This document shows, one piece after another, positions 11,401 through 24,900 of a stretch of 64,000 nt of DNA. The DNA lies in assembly GCA_045837725.1 (NCBI GenBank), contig JBEWZL010000221.1:124001-188000 (forward strand). Direction: 5' to 3'. The stretch comes from Vermamoeba vermiformis. Lineage: Eukaryota. The notes beneath the pieces were generated by a model, which saw nothing but the letters and a program-made list of their open reading frames with translations, was not told where the DNA came from and made no database searches. How positions within the stretch are numbered: the first letter of the stretch is position 1; the number at the start of each line of letters is the position of its first letter. Both the position numbers and the translations under genes were made by a program.

Positions 11401-14400
11401 TTGGCGAGAACTTTGGTGACGCGCCTTGCGGACCGGGACCAGGGCCGTTAGGGTTCATCGCGACTTGACCATCAGGACCGGGTTGACCTTGAGGCATCAT
11501 CTGGCCGGCAGGAACCATACCAGGAGGCATTTGACCAGGTGGCATCATCTTGGGCATCATGCCAGGTGGAGGACCTTTAGGCGGACCTTGCATGCCAGGC
11601 GGCATACCAGGACCAGGCGGCATCATACCCGGAGGACCTTGCATGCCAGGGCCAGGCATCATTCCAGGTGGGAATCCCTTTGGCGGCATCTTCATGCCAG
11701 GAGGCAAAGGACCCTTTGGACCCATACCAGGAGGGAAGGGGCCTTTCGGTCCCATGCCGGGTGGGAACGGGCCGTTAGGGCCAGGCGGCATCATTCCTGG
11801 AGGACCTTGCATACCAGGGCCAGGCATCATACCAGGTGGAGGACCCTTTGGACCCATGCCTGGAGGGAATGGACCAGGTGGCATCATTCCAGGAGGTGGT
11901 CCTTGCATGCCAGGTGGGAAAGGACCAGGCGGCATCATTCCAGGTGGTGGTCCCTGCATGCCGGGTGGAGGGCCTTGCATACCAGGGCCAGGCGGCATCA
12001 TTCCAGGAGGCATGGGACCTCGCATTTGAGGGTTGGAGCCTAATTGCTGCTCGATCATTTGATGCTGCTCGGCGATGATTTCTTCCAATTGGAACTTGTT
12101 CAATTGACCCATCAAGTCTTGTTCACCGCCCAACAACAACGCGATCAACGGCAAACAAGTCTCTTCGACAACCTTCAATATCGTAGAATAGTAGAACATA
12201 ATGACTGAGAACCAGTGCTCGGGGAACGCGTCGGTAGTCATCATCTTTTGCAAGAGCTCGTAGACGCCAGTCAAAAACTCCAATCGAAGCTCGCCTTGAG
12301 CTCGTCCCAAGATCAACTTGGTGAAGTCGTTAGCTTTCATGAGGTGGAACGCAGTCATCAAACACAAGATCAAGACTGGCACTTTCTTCAGGTCCTCCGT
12401 TTGCGATAACGCTGTCACCATTGCCGGGACGAGGTTGAGCATTGGTGTCACGGGCAATTTCTGCACGCTCGGTTAGAGCACTATTTCTGAGAAGTACTGA
12501 CTTGTTATTATGACGTACCCAGTTATCGAAGCAGTCCAACAAGTTGCTAATGAGATAACTGCACTTGGAGACTTCATCTGTAAGAGTCGAAGACAAGTGC
12601 ATAGTCAAGTGACGAACGACCGTTGGTAGCAACACAGCTCCTAAACAGATCATATGAGCTACTATACGACGCCATATCTTAACGGGCTCGCGTACCTTTT
12701 CGGTCCAAGAACAAAGAGTCAGCAATAATGACTTGCATCAAATTCAACTTTTCGATGTTCAAGTGATGATTCTTCACGTTGTACGTGATATTGTCCAACA
12801 AGTTTTCAATCATCTTGATCAATTCTTCGTTGGAGATCACGGGACGAAGTGTTTGAGTCAACGACCAGAAGTACTACAGCGTGTATTGGTTAGAATTAAT
12901 GTCATAAAGGTCGTCGTGTGCAAGGGTCAGACGTACCTGCAATGCAACAGCTTGACTTCCGAGCCACTGTTGATCGGTCTTTCTCATCATAGCAATGAAA
13001 AAGCCAAAGAAATCTTTCACGTCCTTGTCGAACTCAGCGTCCTTAATGATTTGACCGCCTTGATTGTTGCTAGACGGACCTTGTTCAGCATCTTTCTTGG
13101 CCTTCATAGAAGCAATAATGAACTTGAACAGGTAACCCAGAGCCTTCAACGTAGTGATCAAGTCGTTAGGCTTGACGTTGTCCAAGTCGCCGAAGTAATG
13201 CTTAATGCAGTGCATCAGTTGTTTGTAGGCATTAGGACTTGAGAAGTAGTTCTCAATGTAGTCATCGAGCACGACCTTGAACTTGTCGCTGTCTTGCTTC
13301 ATCTTGTTCACGAGCACGTCCAACAACGCGACGATAGTGTTGTACACGGCGAACGAAATTTGATCGTTGCCAGCCTTCAACTCCAAGACGGCGAAAAGAG
13401 CGTCCAAAATATCAGGTACAAACTAAATACGTTACATTAGCATAAGAACAGCAAGACCATATTAGTGACACGAACTTTCACTGTCTCAGGATCGTTGGCA
13501 ATGAACGTGAAACGGTTCAAGATGGTGCTTAGCGAGTTCATGTGATTGCGCCAATTCAACAGTTGAGCAATAATAGCTAAAAAACCGTTAGCAAGAAGCT
13601 TCTATATGAATAGACTTACCATTCTGAGTGATTCTGTTCGATACCAAGTTCGTTCTGACGGTAATAATATCAGGCGACTTTTTGTTTCTGCACGTGTCGT
13701 CAGCGGCCTTCATAGTGGCAGAATCCAATTTGAATTCCTTGCTCATCTTCATGCATGCAATGTCGTGCTGGCCAGTTTGAATGGCAGTGCCGTCATCATT
13801 GACGAGTTTCTTGACACCAACGAAGCCAACGCTGTCCTTGTCAGCCTCCTTCTTGGTCACGGTTTTAATTGTGAACACTAAATAGGCGTCGTTGTATTGC
13901 TCGGGAGACAAGACAACCTTCAGCTGTTCAGCGTAACTGGGTGTGTTTGTCTTGTAGTGAACAACACCGCGGTACTCGCTGGTCGGTTGATCAGCTGAGC
14001 CATGGAACAAAGAGTCTTGAATAGTGTCACCACGTGAGTTTCTGAGCTGCACGCGCACTTCGTAATTCTTCGCTTTAGGGCCGCTGGCGTAGTTACCACT
14101 CTTAATGTTCACGTACAAATCATTGCGAACAAAGCCACAAGGAATGACCTGTGAAAAGTCAGTCACGCGTGCTTGTCAAGCCGTTGAAAGTAGTACTTAC
14201 ATCAGGCAAGCTGAGCTTGTTGCAAATAGTAATTAACGGGTACTTCGGCAACAAGACCTCAAGTTCCTCGCGGTACATGGCAAGAGTGAAAGTAAGTGCT
14301 TTGGGCAAGTTAGGCACTTCGGTGAACTTCTCCTTGTCGTTCTTAATGACATCTATAGTAATAAATTAATAAGGGTACCAAGATGATTAAAATACATGCG

Positions 14401-17064
14401 TGGCATATAAAATGAACAAGTACTTACATTTGTGCAAGTTGCTAAAGTGATCGTCACTCTTCGGTTGCATTACTTGAAGATTGTGCTCGTATTCACGGCC
14501 AGGCACGAATCGTTCAGAAATGCGAAGTACAGAGATACCATAGGGACGTCTGAAAGTCGTTTGTTGTGCTTTCTTATCGCCAAACTTTAACTTTCCTCGA
14601 CGATGGATCTTGCACACCAAGTACAATTCCGAGGTCAAATCAATCTTAGAAATGTCCTATAATAACGTGTAAGTATCGAGAAGGCCAGCAGCCGATAGAC
14701 TTACTTTAAAGAATGCTTTAGGGTTTGAATAAAGAATAGAGCCTTTGTCAGTCAACTCGACCAAAGCCTCGTCACTAATGAACATATCCTTCGTGGCATT
14801 GTAGACTGAGAACAGTAACTCGGATTCCTCGCCGATCTAGATGAAGTATTAGCTACGTTATATTGAATAGGACATTAAAAATAGGCCGTACTGGGCAAGC
14901 AAAGGCCTTGAAGTTAAGCAACATTTGCACGTTGGCTTCTGGTTGCAAAGCAGCCAAGGACTCTTTAACTTTCTTATTAACCAACGAGATGGCACCGCGG
15001 CTACGAGCACTCTTTGGCGTTGAGTCACCACCAACCGGAGTACCAGCCATGTTGGAGTTCATAAGTGACACGGAAGGTGACGGACCACGTTGTTGCGCCA
15101 CACTCGTGGACTAAACTCACAACAATATTAGGCACTGTACTTCGTGCTATTCTTGTCATAAACTTACGGGTGCGCGACTTAAAGTGACTTGAGGCTTGGC
15201 ACCCGAGACAGTCTGCGAGTGACTGCGCGGCGAGGCCACAGATATCGCAGTGGACGAAGAGGTCTTGTTAGGCGAAGTAGGGCCGCCTGGTTGCTGTAAA
15301 GTGACACCTGACAGGTTCAAACCGAACTTTGGTGGAGCGCCGCTGGGAGCTCCGGGTTGATTAGTTGGAGCGAACGGAGATTGTCCGGGAGTAGGAATGG
15401 GCGCGAACGGCGACTCGCCGACGTCTTCGAAAGGTGAGGCACCCAAGTCTTCAAAGGGCGAGGCTTCGAAAGGCGACCCCGCTGGAAGTGACGGTGCCGA
15501 CATTGGAGATTGCGTTGGAGGCGTGCCAAAGGAGCCAGAAGAACCAAGAGTGAATTTACCTTGTTGAGGGCTGTTTTGAAGGGGCTGTGCCACGAGACCG
15601 AACTGAGGACTGTTTTGCATCGGGGACGAAGGTTGTTGTTGCGGTGCCATGTTCATTGGTTGCGAGAGCGTGAATGGACTCTTTGGTGGACCTGCAGGAT
15701 TAGGCATAGGACGTCCCACTTGAGGACTTCCAGGTGCTGAGCGATTAGACTCGATGGTCTGACTGACTGCAGCTTGCTAAAGAAAGTGTCAGATCCGGAT
15801 CTGCTACACCCGCTTAAAAACCATACCGATTCGCGTCTCATCAGCAAGGGCGATTGTCCTCCCTTCACTGACATCTCGCGCTTGTGTCTGACAGTAACTG
15901 ACTCGGTCTTCTCCTTGTCTTTGAAGTTGTCCATAACAGCCACGTGCTACACAAGTGACGGGTAAGAATGGTCTCGCCGATGTCGTTCTACGCTTACCAT
16001 TTCGTACAAAGCCAAGATAGGAGTGTTGTGCTCCGTTGCTAACTCTCCCGTGTTAGTGCGCAAGAAAATATCTTGACCAAGTTTTCTTCGACCTTCCTCG
16101 ATCTTGTCCAAGACGAGGGTTTTCAACGAGTTCTTGACCTCCTACAAATAATTTTACATGTTAAACAGTGTAAGATTGGCATTGTCACGTGTTTTTCAAT
16201 ATGGTTTAAATTTTTGAAAGTGGCGTAAAGAGAAGAAAAAGTCCTTACAGGAGTAGCGTTCGCAGAGGCCAATTGTCCGTGGTATTTAAGCAATGAGGCC
16301 ATTATATCCATCAAATCCGATGATTCTTGAACTTTGCCTTGCTAAACATACCAATTATATTAGTAATCAAAGAGATGTAGAAGTACCAGGCAAATTGATC
16401 TAGGCGCACGAGGTAGAAACAACTAAAATTAGCTTACACGATAATAATCCTTCAATAGCACGACCCATTCTTTTAATATTTGCTGCAGCTCTAAAACTAC
16501 TTCATCGCGTTGCGGCAAGACGGTCACAAAGTTGGCAGGGAAGATGCCGCACTCTTTTGTCTTGGAGCGGACTCCGCTAATGTAAAAATCGTAAATATGA
16601 ATATACCGTAATATTTTGCACGGTAAATAAGCACTTTAATAAATAAACTCGTGTCTAGTGGTTCGTTTATGCTTACCGGTACCAGGTTTTGTCAGATGTC
16701 ATTTCCAAGAGCTCCAATTGCTCTCCCGCTTCGAAACTAATTTGATGCTCACCTCCTTTCTCGAAGGAATAGGTGGCTAAATAAAATAATGCGAGTTAGT
16801 CCTCAAATGTCAAGTTCATCTGAAAACTAAAATCTTTGAGCTTTCGAAATTTAATTATATTAGTACAACACGTGCATTAATAAGAATTTTATAGCGAATT
16901 TTGAATTGATCTTCTGACGCAACAAAAGATCCGAAATTGACAGATGCGACTAACCGTTGTAAATGTCAAACTAATTTAGCGTATATTATGATATTAATAG
17001 ACTTACCAACCACCACTGTTTTTTCTGCAGGGTACGGTTGCCAATAGACGTTGTTCTTCGCCAT
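8487..17064 (-). CDS. DOCK-family (Dock180/DOCK-A/B-like) Rac GEF: SH3, DHR-1 (C2), ARM region, DHR-2
   Basis: N-terminal SH3 over three exons (VVVATYSFEKGGEHQISFEAGEQLELLEMTSDKTWYR/G..GIFPANFV). DHR-1 start VRNDLYVNIKSGNY. DHR-2 motifs NWVEAAHAVLLH, KFWEEAI, EYFRVGFYGKGF and GVIDAAVNGGPALY. Confidence 0.93.
11430..12020 (-). repeat. Coding low-complexity Pro/Gly/Met tandem repeat inside DOCK
   Basis: Repeated peptides GMMPPGP, GMQGPPP and GMGPKGP. At DNA level, recurrent GGCATCATTCCAGG and CCTTGCATGCCAGG units on the + strand. Confidence 0.9.
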
Positions 17065-17452
17065 TATTATTGATCAGTCCACTTGTTCTGCGGATGCTTT
17101 TGTTGCGTTTTTTGTTTGATTTTTTGTCAATATAATGATATAATAATACAAGTAGTGGTACTAATAATACAAAAATAAGTAGTAAACAAAAATCAGTTTG
17201 CGCGAGCAATAAACTGACGAGACTGACGTGCTTGGAACAAAAGCCACTTTTACCTCTGGTATTATAAGGAATTATAATACTGTAAATAACATGTTATTTA
17301 TGCATATTGGGCTAGATAAGTTACCGCGGCTGTTTGTTTCGGACCACCATTTATTTGACCCGAGACACATCCGTACAAAATTGTCGTGCAAGTCAATAAC
17401 GGCCATAATATAATATCGCTATAAGTATAGTATGTAAGTATAGCAATAAGAT

Positions 17453-18276
17453 TTAGTTCTTCTTCTTGGGAGTCTCAGGCTTGGGAGGGAAGAACAGCAT
17501 CCAAAGAGTAGAAATACCTTAATAACAAATAAGTATTGCCATAATCCCATTATAAAATAATATTATCGTGTCATATTGCTTTTGCGCTGAAATAAATTAT
17601 GCAAGGTACATCCGATTTTCAATGATCCAGATCTTGCTTCAATAAATTCGGACACCCCTATCTATGCTGTATATCTATTACTTACTAGCGATAGAGAAAG
17701 GACCCATAAACTGAGGGAAGATAGGCACGGTCTTAGCAACAAAAACTTCGTGCGTAAAGAATCCAAGAGCCACGAGGAAAGTAAACAAAGTGACACGATA
17801 GACGGACTATTTAAATTATAAACATTAATATACACGATATAGTACATCTATATTATGTTTACGAACCTTGTTGGTCACATCCAAGGCGCAGGAAAGTCTG
17901 ATCGCGGTAGCAAGGAGAGTCCAGCAACCAAACAATCGATTGGTTAAAGGAGTAACTATAAATTAAATTATTAGGCTCGTATTAATTAAATAGACTAGTC
18001 TACAAACAAACGCTTCGTACTAAAATAATTACGATAATGATTGAAATTAATATCGGCGCCGATTAATTTTACAACATAATATACTCTTTAAAAATCGTGT
18101 TTTTATTGACAATATGAATATTATTTAAATTAATTGTAATATTTTCACTTACGCTGGCTGCCGGCCAGATGGAACGTGCCGAGTTCCAAATTGTGAGGCA
18201 AGAAAAATGCTTGGTAAGTTCCAAAAGCAGATGTAGCTGCAACAAAGCCAAGCCAGACACTCAACGCACGAACCAT
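17453..18276 (-). CDS. ERG28: Ergosterol biosynthesis protein Erg28-like (4 exons)
   Basis: Spliced MVRALSVWLGFVAATSAFGTYQAFF.../VTPLTNRLFGCWTLLATAIRLSCA.../FFTHEVFVAKTV...PFSIA/ISTLWMLFFPPKPETPKKKN*. This matches the Erg28 'VTPL..R.FG.WT.L...IR' signature and ends in a KKxx ER-retrieval signal. Confidence 0.85.
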
Positions 18277-18500
18277 TGTGTTTATCTTGTTCGAGATTCA
18301 ACGAATAGATCAATTTCTGCAATTTGATTTTCCCTGCCCAGAAGTTCACCACAACCACAAATCAAATTTGTGAGTAACTAGCATAGTTTTATATTTATGA
18401 AAGAATAGGTTGCGCAATCAGAGCGAAGAGTCCTAATTGTACATTAGTAACGGTCACGAACAAAAGACTACTGGGCGTATTCGTTTCAAAATAGCTTAAA

Positions 18501-19290
18501 ATGGCAGCTAATAATCAAAATATTCATAATTACGATTATCTCTTTAAGGTAACAAGAGCAAGAGAACGAAATTGATCTGAATTTTTCTTCAGATTCTACT
18601 TAGAGGCCACGATGGGGCCGGTAAAACAAGTTTCCAGCGTAGATATATAGACAATTTTTTCGAAGAAGATTTTCAACCCACCCTGCTCGTGGATTTTGTA
18701 AGGATCACGAAAGGGAATTTTTATTTGAATCCCAAATAACCTTCAATAATTTAGAAAGTTAAGAATATTCAATCTACCGATACTTCAAAGTTAATAAGGC
18801 TTCAAATATGGGACTGTGCTCATAATCAAGATAGGTGCGCAGATCGCGTAACAAAAAATTCATATTCAGCAATTGCTTACGACCTAATAATACTAGATTT
18901 CGAGCAATAACAAATGCTTATTATCGAGGAGCCCATGGCATCGTAGTTTTATTCGATTGCACGGATCGCGATTCATTCAAACAAGCTTCGGTGTTATTCA
19001 AAGAGATTGATCGTTTTTCAATGGACATCACTCAAAAAATATTAGTGGCAACAAAAATAGACTTATCCAACCAGCGCCAAGTCTCCTACGATGAAGCCAA
19101 AAAATTAGCAAACGAATTAGGCGTTCCGTACATTGAAACGAGCGCTAAGAACGATACTAATATTAACGAAGCTATCAATATTCTCGCGCGTAATATTGAA
19201 CGAGTTGTGGAGCGACATCCACCACCGCCGCCATTACCACCACTCAAGCCGTTACCAGCCCCTGGATCTTGGAGTTGCACTGTTTTGTAA
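18501..19290 (+). CDS. Divergent Rab1-like small GTPase with CaaX terminus (4 exons)
   Basis: YDYLFK/ILLRGHDGAGKTS...PTLLVDF/...LQIWDCAHNQDR/FRAITNAYYRGAHG...ATKID...ETSAK...PPPPPLPPL...SCTVL*. Confidence 0.88.
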
Positions 19291-19378
19291 ATACTAACCT
19301 ACCTTATTAATAAATTACTGTAGTATAGTTAATAAGAATCAACGAGATCCGGATCGACCGTTTTGTACAAAACCCACT

Positions 19379-21922
19379 TTACATTACGAGCAATGATAGC
19401 AATACTAAGACCGCTGATATCATTAATTTGCATCCATCGGATACGATATTAACAGAGGGTTGATCTGTTGAGCTTTGCGGCACGTCGGTACCAGTGACTA
19501 CGAACGTTAGATCAGATCTACAAATAGTGGTGAAAGAACTTACCTTTTATAGTAACTACGGTCGAGGCAGTAGTACCAAAAGTGTCCTGTGCCATGAACG
19601 TAATGCCATGAGAGCCAATGTCAGTCTGTAAGGGCGCTACGACTAAAGTAATTGCAGAGGCGCTGCTTGATGACACGTTGACAAATGACGGCAGTGTTGA
19701 GTAGTTGAATGACACGCACGAGTCAAAAGATTCAGTCGCTTAAGATTAGGGCGTCAGGTATATGAACAATTGTACGTCGGATGGTAATTTGAAACTTACA
19801 AGTGCACGTGACAGTGATTGACAATTCATGATCGACGAGCACGTCGTATTCTTCGTTTGCGGAAATAACAGGTGGTTGATTCAATAAGGCTATAACGCAT
19901 AGTATCATAAGCATTGAGTATTAAAGAAATATAACAACGTACTTTTTGCAGCTAGCAACGGATTAATTCTTCCGAAACCAAACGTTGTGTCCTAAAATAG
20001 GCAATTAGATAGTGATACTATTAATCAAAGTAATGCAATTCAGCGTACTTGTCCGGCATCGCCCAAATCAACAGCAGTGCTGGCAAACAGGTCCATCAGT
20101 TCTGAGGCACCCATGCTCGGCTTGATCGCCTTCATCAGCGCTGAAATTCCGCTGACAATCGGTGTGGCCATTGAACAGCCAGTCCATTGTTCATAGCCTC
20201 CTGACTTGACTGTGCTCCAGATATTTGTTCCTGTTGAATTCCGATCGGATCAGTTTCGCCGAAGTGACTTTTCATTCAAGGACTTTCATACCTGGAGCAG
20301 CGATGTCAATGTACGAGCCAATGTTTGAAATAACGTTCCGTTCATCAGTTTCGTTGATGTTAGTCACCGCAAATGCGTTTGTGTAAGCGGCAGGGTACCA
20401 CGGCTTATTTGAGTCTGAAAGGTAGCTATTGCCCGCGCAGGCATTAACAATGATTCCTATTACTCTCATATTAATAAAGAATACGACTATGAACGGGACG
20501 TACCTTTGTTGTACAAGGCATTGACGGCATCTTCCATTGGTTGCCAGGTCGAGAAACCCTGTCAAATTAAAATTGTAAATTTGACCTCATAAAAATTATC
20601 AGTTAATAAATATGTTAAATAGCCGTGTTGCTAATTTTGGCCTTTCTGACAGGTGTCGCATCAAGACAACGGATGTGTCAAATTGACATGCCGCGAAATT
20701 TCCGTAGATTTACGTACACCAAGACTCAAGCTAACGATATCTGCGCCCAAATTAGCGGCGTCTAACATGCAAGCCACAAAGTCTTCATAAGTGCCCGAGT
20801 TCGTAAAGTCAAGGACCTTGCCGATAATTAAGTTGACGCCATATGATACTCCAGCAACACCTTTAAGATAGAGAATCAATTCAATTTGCGTTTGTGAAGT
20901 ATTCGTGCCAATAATATTCAAAAATTAACTAATTAGTTCACAAAATTTGAGTGCGTTTCAAATCTTTGCCGGCAATTAACCGAATATATTGAACGGATCA
21001 GACGTTCTGTAGATTTAAATTTATTCCTAACGTACCTATTGTATTATTGATAGTAGCGGCTACAATACCAGCCACGTGCGTTCCTAAAAGAAAAATGACA
21101 TCCGTTAGATCAGATTCAATTTCGAAGCTATTGTCATATTTATTGCTAAATATAGCATCACCATTAAATACGTACCATGACCGTATTCATCCTCAGCAAT
21201 GTCGTCTAAGTTCACATAATCGTACTGCCAGACAATTCTTGACGCATCCAGATCGGAATGCGATGCGATTCCAGAGTCGCAAATAGCAACGGTCTGATTA
21301 TAATCACGTTTAACTTGATGGTTCATCATATTCTTAAGGAGCAATAATAACGTACGATGTTCTTGACAAGAGTTTGTTGATACGAGATCAGATCCCAAAC
21401 ATCGCTCATTTGTAGCTTCGCCATATGCCACATTGAGCTCCATTTATCATCATTTGGTACTGCTCCGCCGAATCCTATTAAAAAGTATATCGTCAATCAA
21501 TTTAATTGTATTGCTAGCATTGCGCTAAAGATTTCAACAAGAATTTAATACCCCTTGGAATTTCATCGACATGAGAAAATCGCGGATCTGCACGCAGTTT
21601 ATCAATCGATACCGTATCGTCAACCTATTTATAATATCGTTAATTATATTATCAATTTTGTGAGTCGGAAATCATTGTGTTCGTGTGTATTAAGCCGATA
21701 ACAATAAAATTGAGAATAATCTTATGATAATAGTCATAATACCTCTATTATGAAGCCTCCTATCTCTTGGAACTCTCTCATAATCTTCCCGACTTCCTGT
21801 ACTACATCCACTGCTCGTTTTTTGGATGTTGGATCTGGTTTAACGTACACTCGTTTGCATTCAGCTAAGCAAGCAATAGAAATGACGCTCAACAATATAA
21901 TATGCTGTATCCGAATGAGCAT
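19379..21922 (-). CDS. Secreted, predicted GPI-anchored subtilisin (peptidase S8) with a C-terminal Ig/cadherin-like domain, copy A
   Basis: Signal peptide, short prodomain and catalytic triad motifs VAICDSGI, HG/THVAG and WTGCSMATP. Then a beta-rich domain (LNQPPVI...LPSFVN...DIGSHGITFMAQDTFG) and a hydrophobic C-terminus (...SDGCKLMISAVLVLLSLLVM*). Confidence 0.9.
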
Positions 21923-24900
21923 CACGCCGAGTGTTGTTCAGTTGGTTACAAAAATCATGAATGAGTGATTTGGGGCTTGAAATTGTCGTTTCCAAAATTG
22001 GACCCGTCGCTTTGAAAGTTAGTCAGGTGAAAACGGCTAATTAATTGCATGAATTGTAATTCGACATATATGCAGCAAACCTCTGATATGATAACGAAAG
22101 CTGATATCAGCGCGGATTTGCAAAATTTTGTGCTATGTTTTTCCGTGTGTATTATTGATATTAGAAATTATATTTTAATATTACATGTAATATGTCGGAG
22201 AGGTTTGTAAAACAATAGTCCGTACGTGGAGCTCACATCGTAAGTAAAATCAAAAATTGCTTTTGCAAGGTTACGAATTTCTGCAATTAAACAATATCAA
22301 ATAATTATTATATTTTTATCGTTTATAAATAGTTAGTTTTCAATGAGGCCGACTTCAAGGTTCAAAAAAAAAAAAATTTGATCGATCTTGTCCCCTGAAG
22401 TTATTATTAAGACAGGCCAGATCTATTAGTAAATACCTCGTTTAATTAATGTTTATAACTTGCATTTTTATGAAAGCTCGCTGGAATAATCTGTGGAAGA
22501 TCTGAATAAATAAAATGTGTGTTCCGAAGCATTTAAATGCTTAAGCATAACAAACTCCATCTTTTGATTAACGGCCATTAGTAGCTATATGGGCTTTTGG
22601 ACTCTAAGATCCCACGGGTCATTTGTGTTGCCCTTGGCCCGAATTGAAATAAATGGTAATTAACACGCGTCGATGAAAAGAAAAGCCTCAAGTGATACAG
22701 AAAATTTAGGTCATCCAACCAAGCGAGTTAAAATGGAAGCAGCAAGTTTGGTGATTGATCAGCCCGAGATCTTCGGAAGAATAATTTCTTACCTTATTTA
22801 TAAGCCAAATTATGCAATTAATTTTGCTTTAGCTTCGAGGAAGTAAGTATTGCGATAAGAAATCGTTTAGCGGATCTACAGCAAACGATTTACCAGAATT
22901 TTTTCGATTAAAATACTCAATTAATATTTGATTCAGGCTACACGAAAATTTGTAAAGTACGATATCGTGGAATTCGGCAGGATTTCAATTTTTGTTGTCC
23001 AGTAACGGTCGGATCGACAAAAATGCATTGGATCTGGCTTTACAAAAGATAGACAATGAAAGGCTGCTTGCTAAAAATTTCAAAATTCAGCAGAAAATTA
23101 CAGCTTATACACGTATGCGAGAGAATCGTGGACGCAAACCGACGCTAATGGGACCTGGATCCGTTGTCACCGAAGAGCCACAAAATTTCAACAAATAAAG
23201 TTACATTATAATATTATACAAATAATATTTAAATATTTTTTTCTATTTATAGCTAAAAAGAACGAGAATGTCTTTGTAAAAGAGTATCGTGAAATTTCAT
23301 CTTGGGGTCGGACACAACCAGCACTACGTGGGTAAGTTACAAAGTAATCATTTGTTATATTGAAAGAATATTTAACGCTGAAGTATAGCCTTTACATTGA
23401 ACTTGACGAAGGAGCTACGGATCCAAATCAGTTGATGAATGCAGGTACTTTCATCGTTTGCAGTGGTGAGGATCATGATTATGATGCAGAATGGGATGAA
23501 AGAGTCATATTTACGTATTCGTGTTTCTTCAAGTACATTTGCGACAATAAGAAGGCAGTTATTTTTGTCACACAGTACTCCGAGAATTACACCAAGCTCG
23601 CTGTTTATTGGAAGGTACGCATACAGTTAGCTAGTTATATGAATAGATTCGATTTTCAATTGCAAAAGAAAACGACAGTTGTGACACGTGTCATTTGTTT
23701 GACGTTTCATCGAAATTTCGTTCTTAACTGACAAGCAGCTTTATTTCATTGGTTGACTACCGGTACGACGTATTAATATGTTGTTAGTTTGATTTATTAA
23801 CTAAAGCAGTTGAAGCGGCCGGTTCTCTGCACGATCTAGCAAGAAAGCAACAAGCACGCGCTGGGAGAAACAAATTTTCTCGTTTGACACGTGCACTGCT
23901 TGAACTATTTGAAATTGACATTACCGATGAAGTGCTGCAAAAGAGCAGCGGATCCGAGTGGTTGTACGAGTGTTCCGCAAAAGCTTTCGTTGTTCAAACA
24001 TTGGCTGATTCCAAATTATAAATCTTTCCAAATTGCTACGATATTATTGTTTTATTTAAGCCTAGTAATTGTAACTAAAGTATAATTCGCTAGTAGCAAT
24101 AGTAGCAAGGAATCGAACTTGCATTACAGCACGAAGGTAATAAAGAATATGGCGAAGGCCAAGAACGCCGTTTTCTTGCTTCCGCTCGAGACATTGTTAG
24201 CTTCTAGTTGATTGGGTGAATTTGGCGATGGTATAGGCTCTGCAGTAACTACAACAATAAAAGTTAGTTAGCGTACTCTTGAGAAGTACTACATTGATCC
24301 GCATACCTTTTATAGTGACATCTTTTGTCGTTGAAGTGTTAAAAGTGTCAACTGCTGTGAAAGTAATAACGTATGAGCCAATGTCGGATTTTGACGGCAC
24401 TCCTTCCAACGTGATTGAAGAGATACTGCTCGATGACGCGTTGACAAATGCAGGGAGCGTAGAGTCGAAGCTGAATGATACACACGAGTCAAAAGATTCG
24501 CTCGCTTTTGAAGTTGTTAGTAACGGAGGAATTGTACGGACGGATTGAAACTTACAAGTGCAAGTGATATTAAGGGATAACATTTCGTCAACCAGAACGT
24601 CGTATTCTTCGTTTGCGTTAATAACAGGTGGTTGATTCAATAGGACTACGTAAAGATTGTTAGCGTTCGACAAAATTTTTTTTCGTGAAGTTCAACAAGC
24701 GTACTTTTAGCAGCGGCTAACGGATTAATTCTTCCGAAACCAAATGTTGAGTCCTTTAACAGGCAATTAGACGGTGATACTATTAATCAAAGTAATATAA
24801 TTCAGCGTACTTTTCCGACGTCGCCCAAATCAACAGCAGTGCTGGCAAACAGGTCCATCAGTTCTGAGGCACCTATACTCGGCTTGATCGCCTTCATCAG

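Noticed and set aside
11430-12020. Repeat array considered as CRISPR-like or collagen
   Set aside because: Units are degenerate, in frame within a coding exon, lack unique spacers and a continuous Gly-X-Y register, and no cas genes are present.
11426-12078. Plus-strand ORFs (Arg/His-rich 205 aa; Gly/Pro-rich 159 aa)
   Set aside because: Antisense shadows of the DOCK Pro/Gly/Met repeat, which is stop-poor because of its GC-rich repetitive codons.
22940-22960. In-frame TAA suggesting stop-codon reassignment
   Set aside because: TAA, TAG and TGA all terminate well-supported genes in this window. An alternative acceptor or pseudogenisation explains this case.
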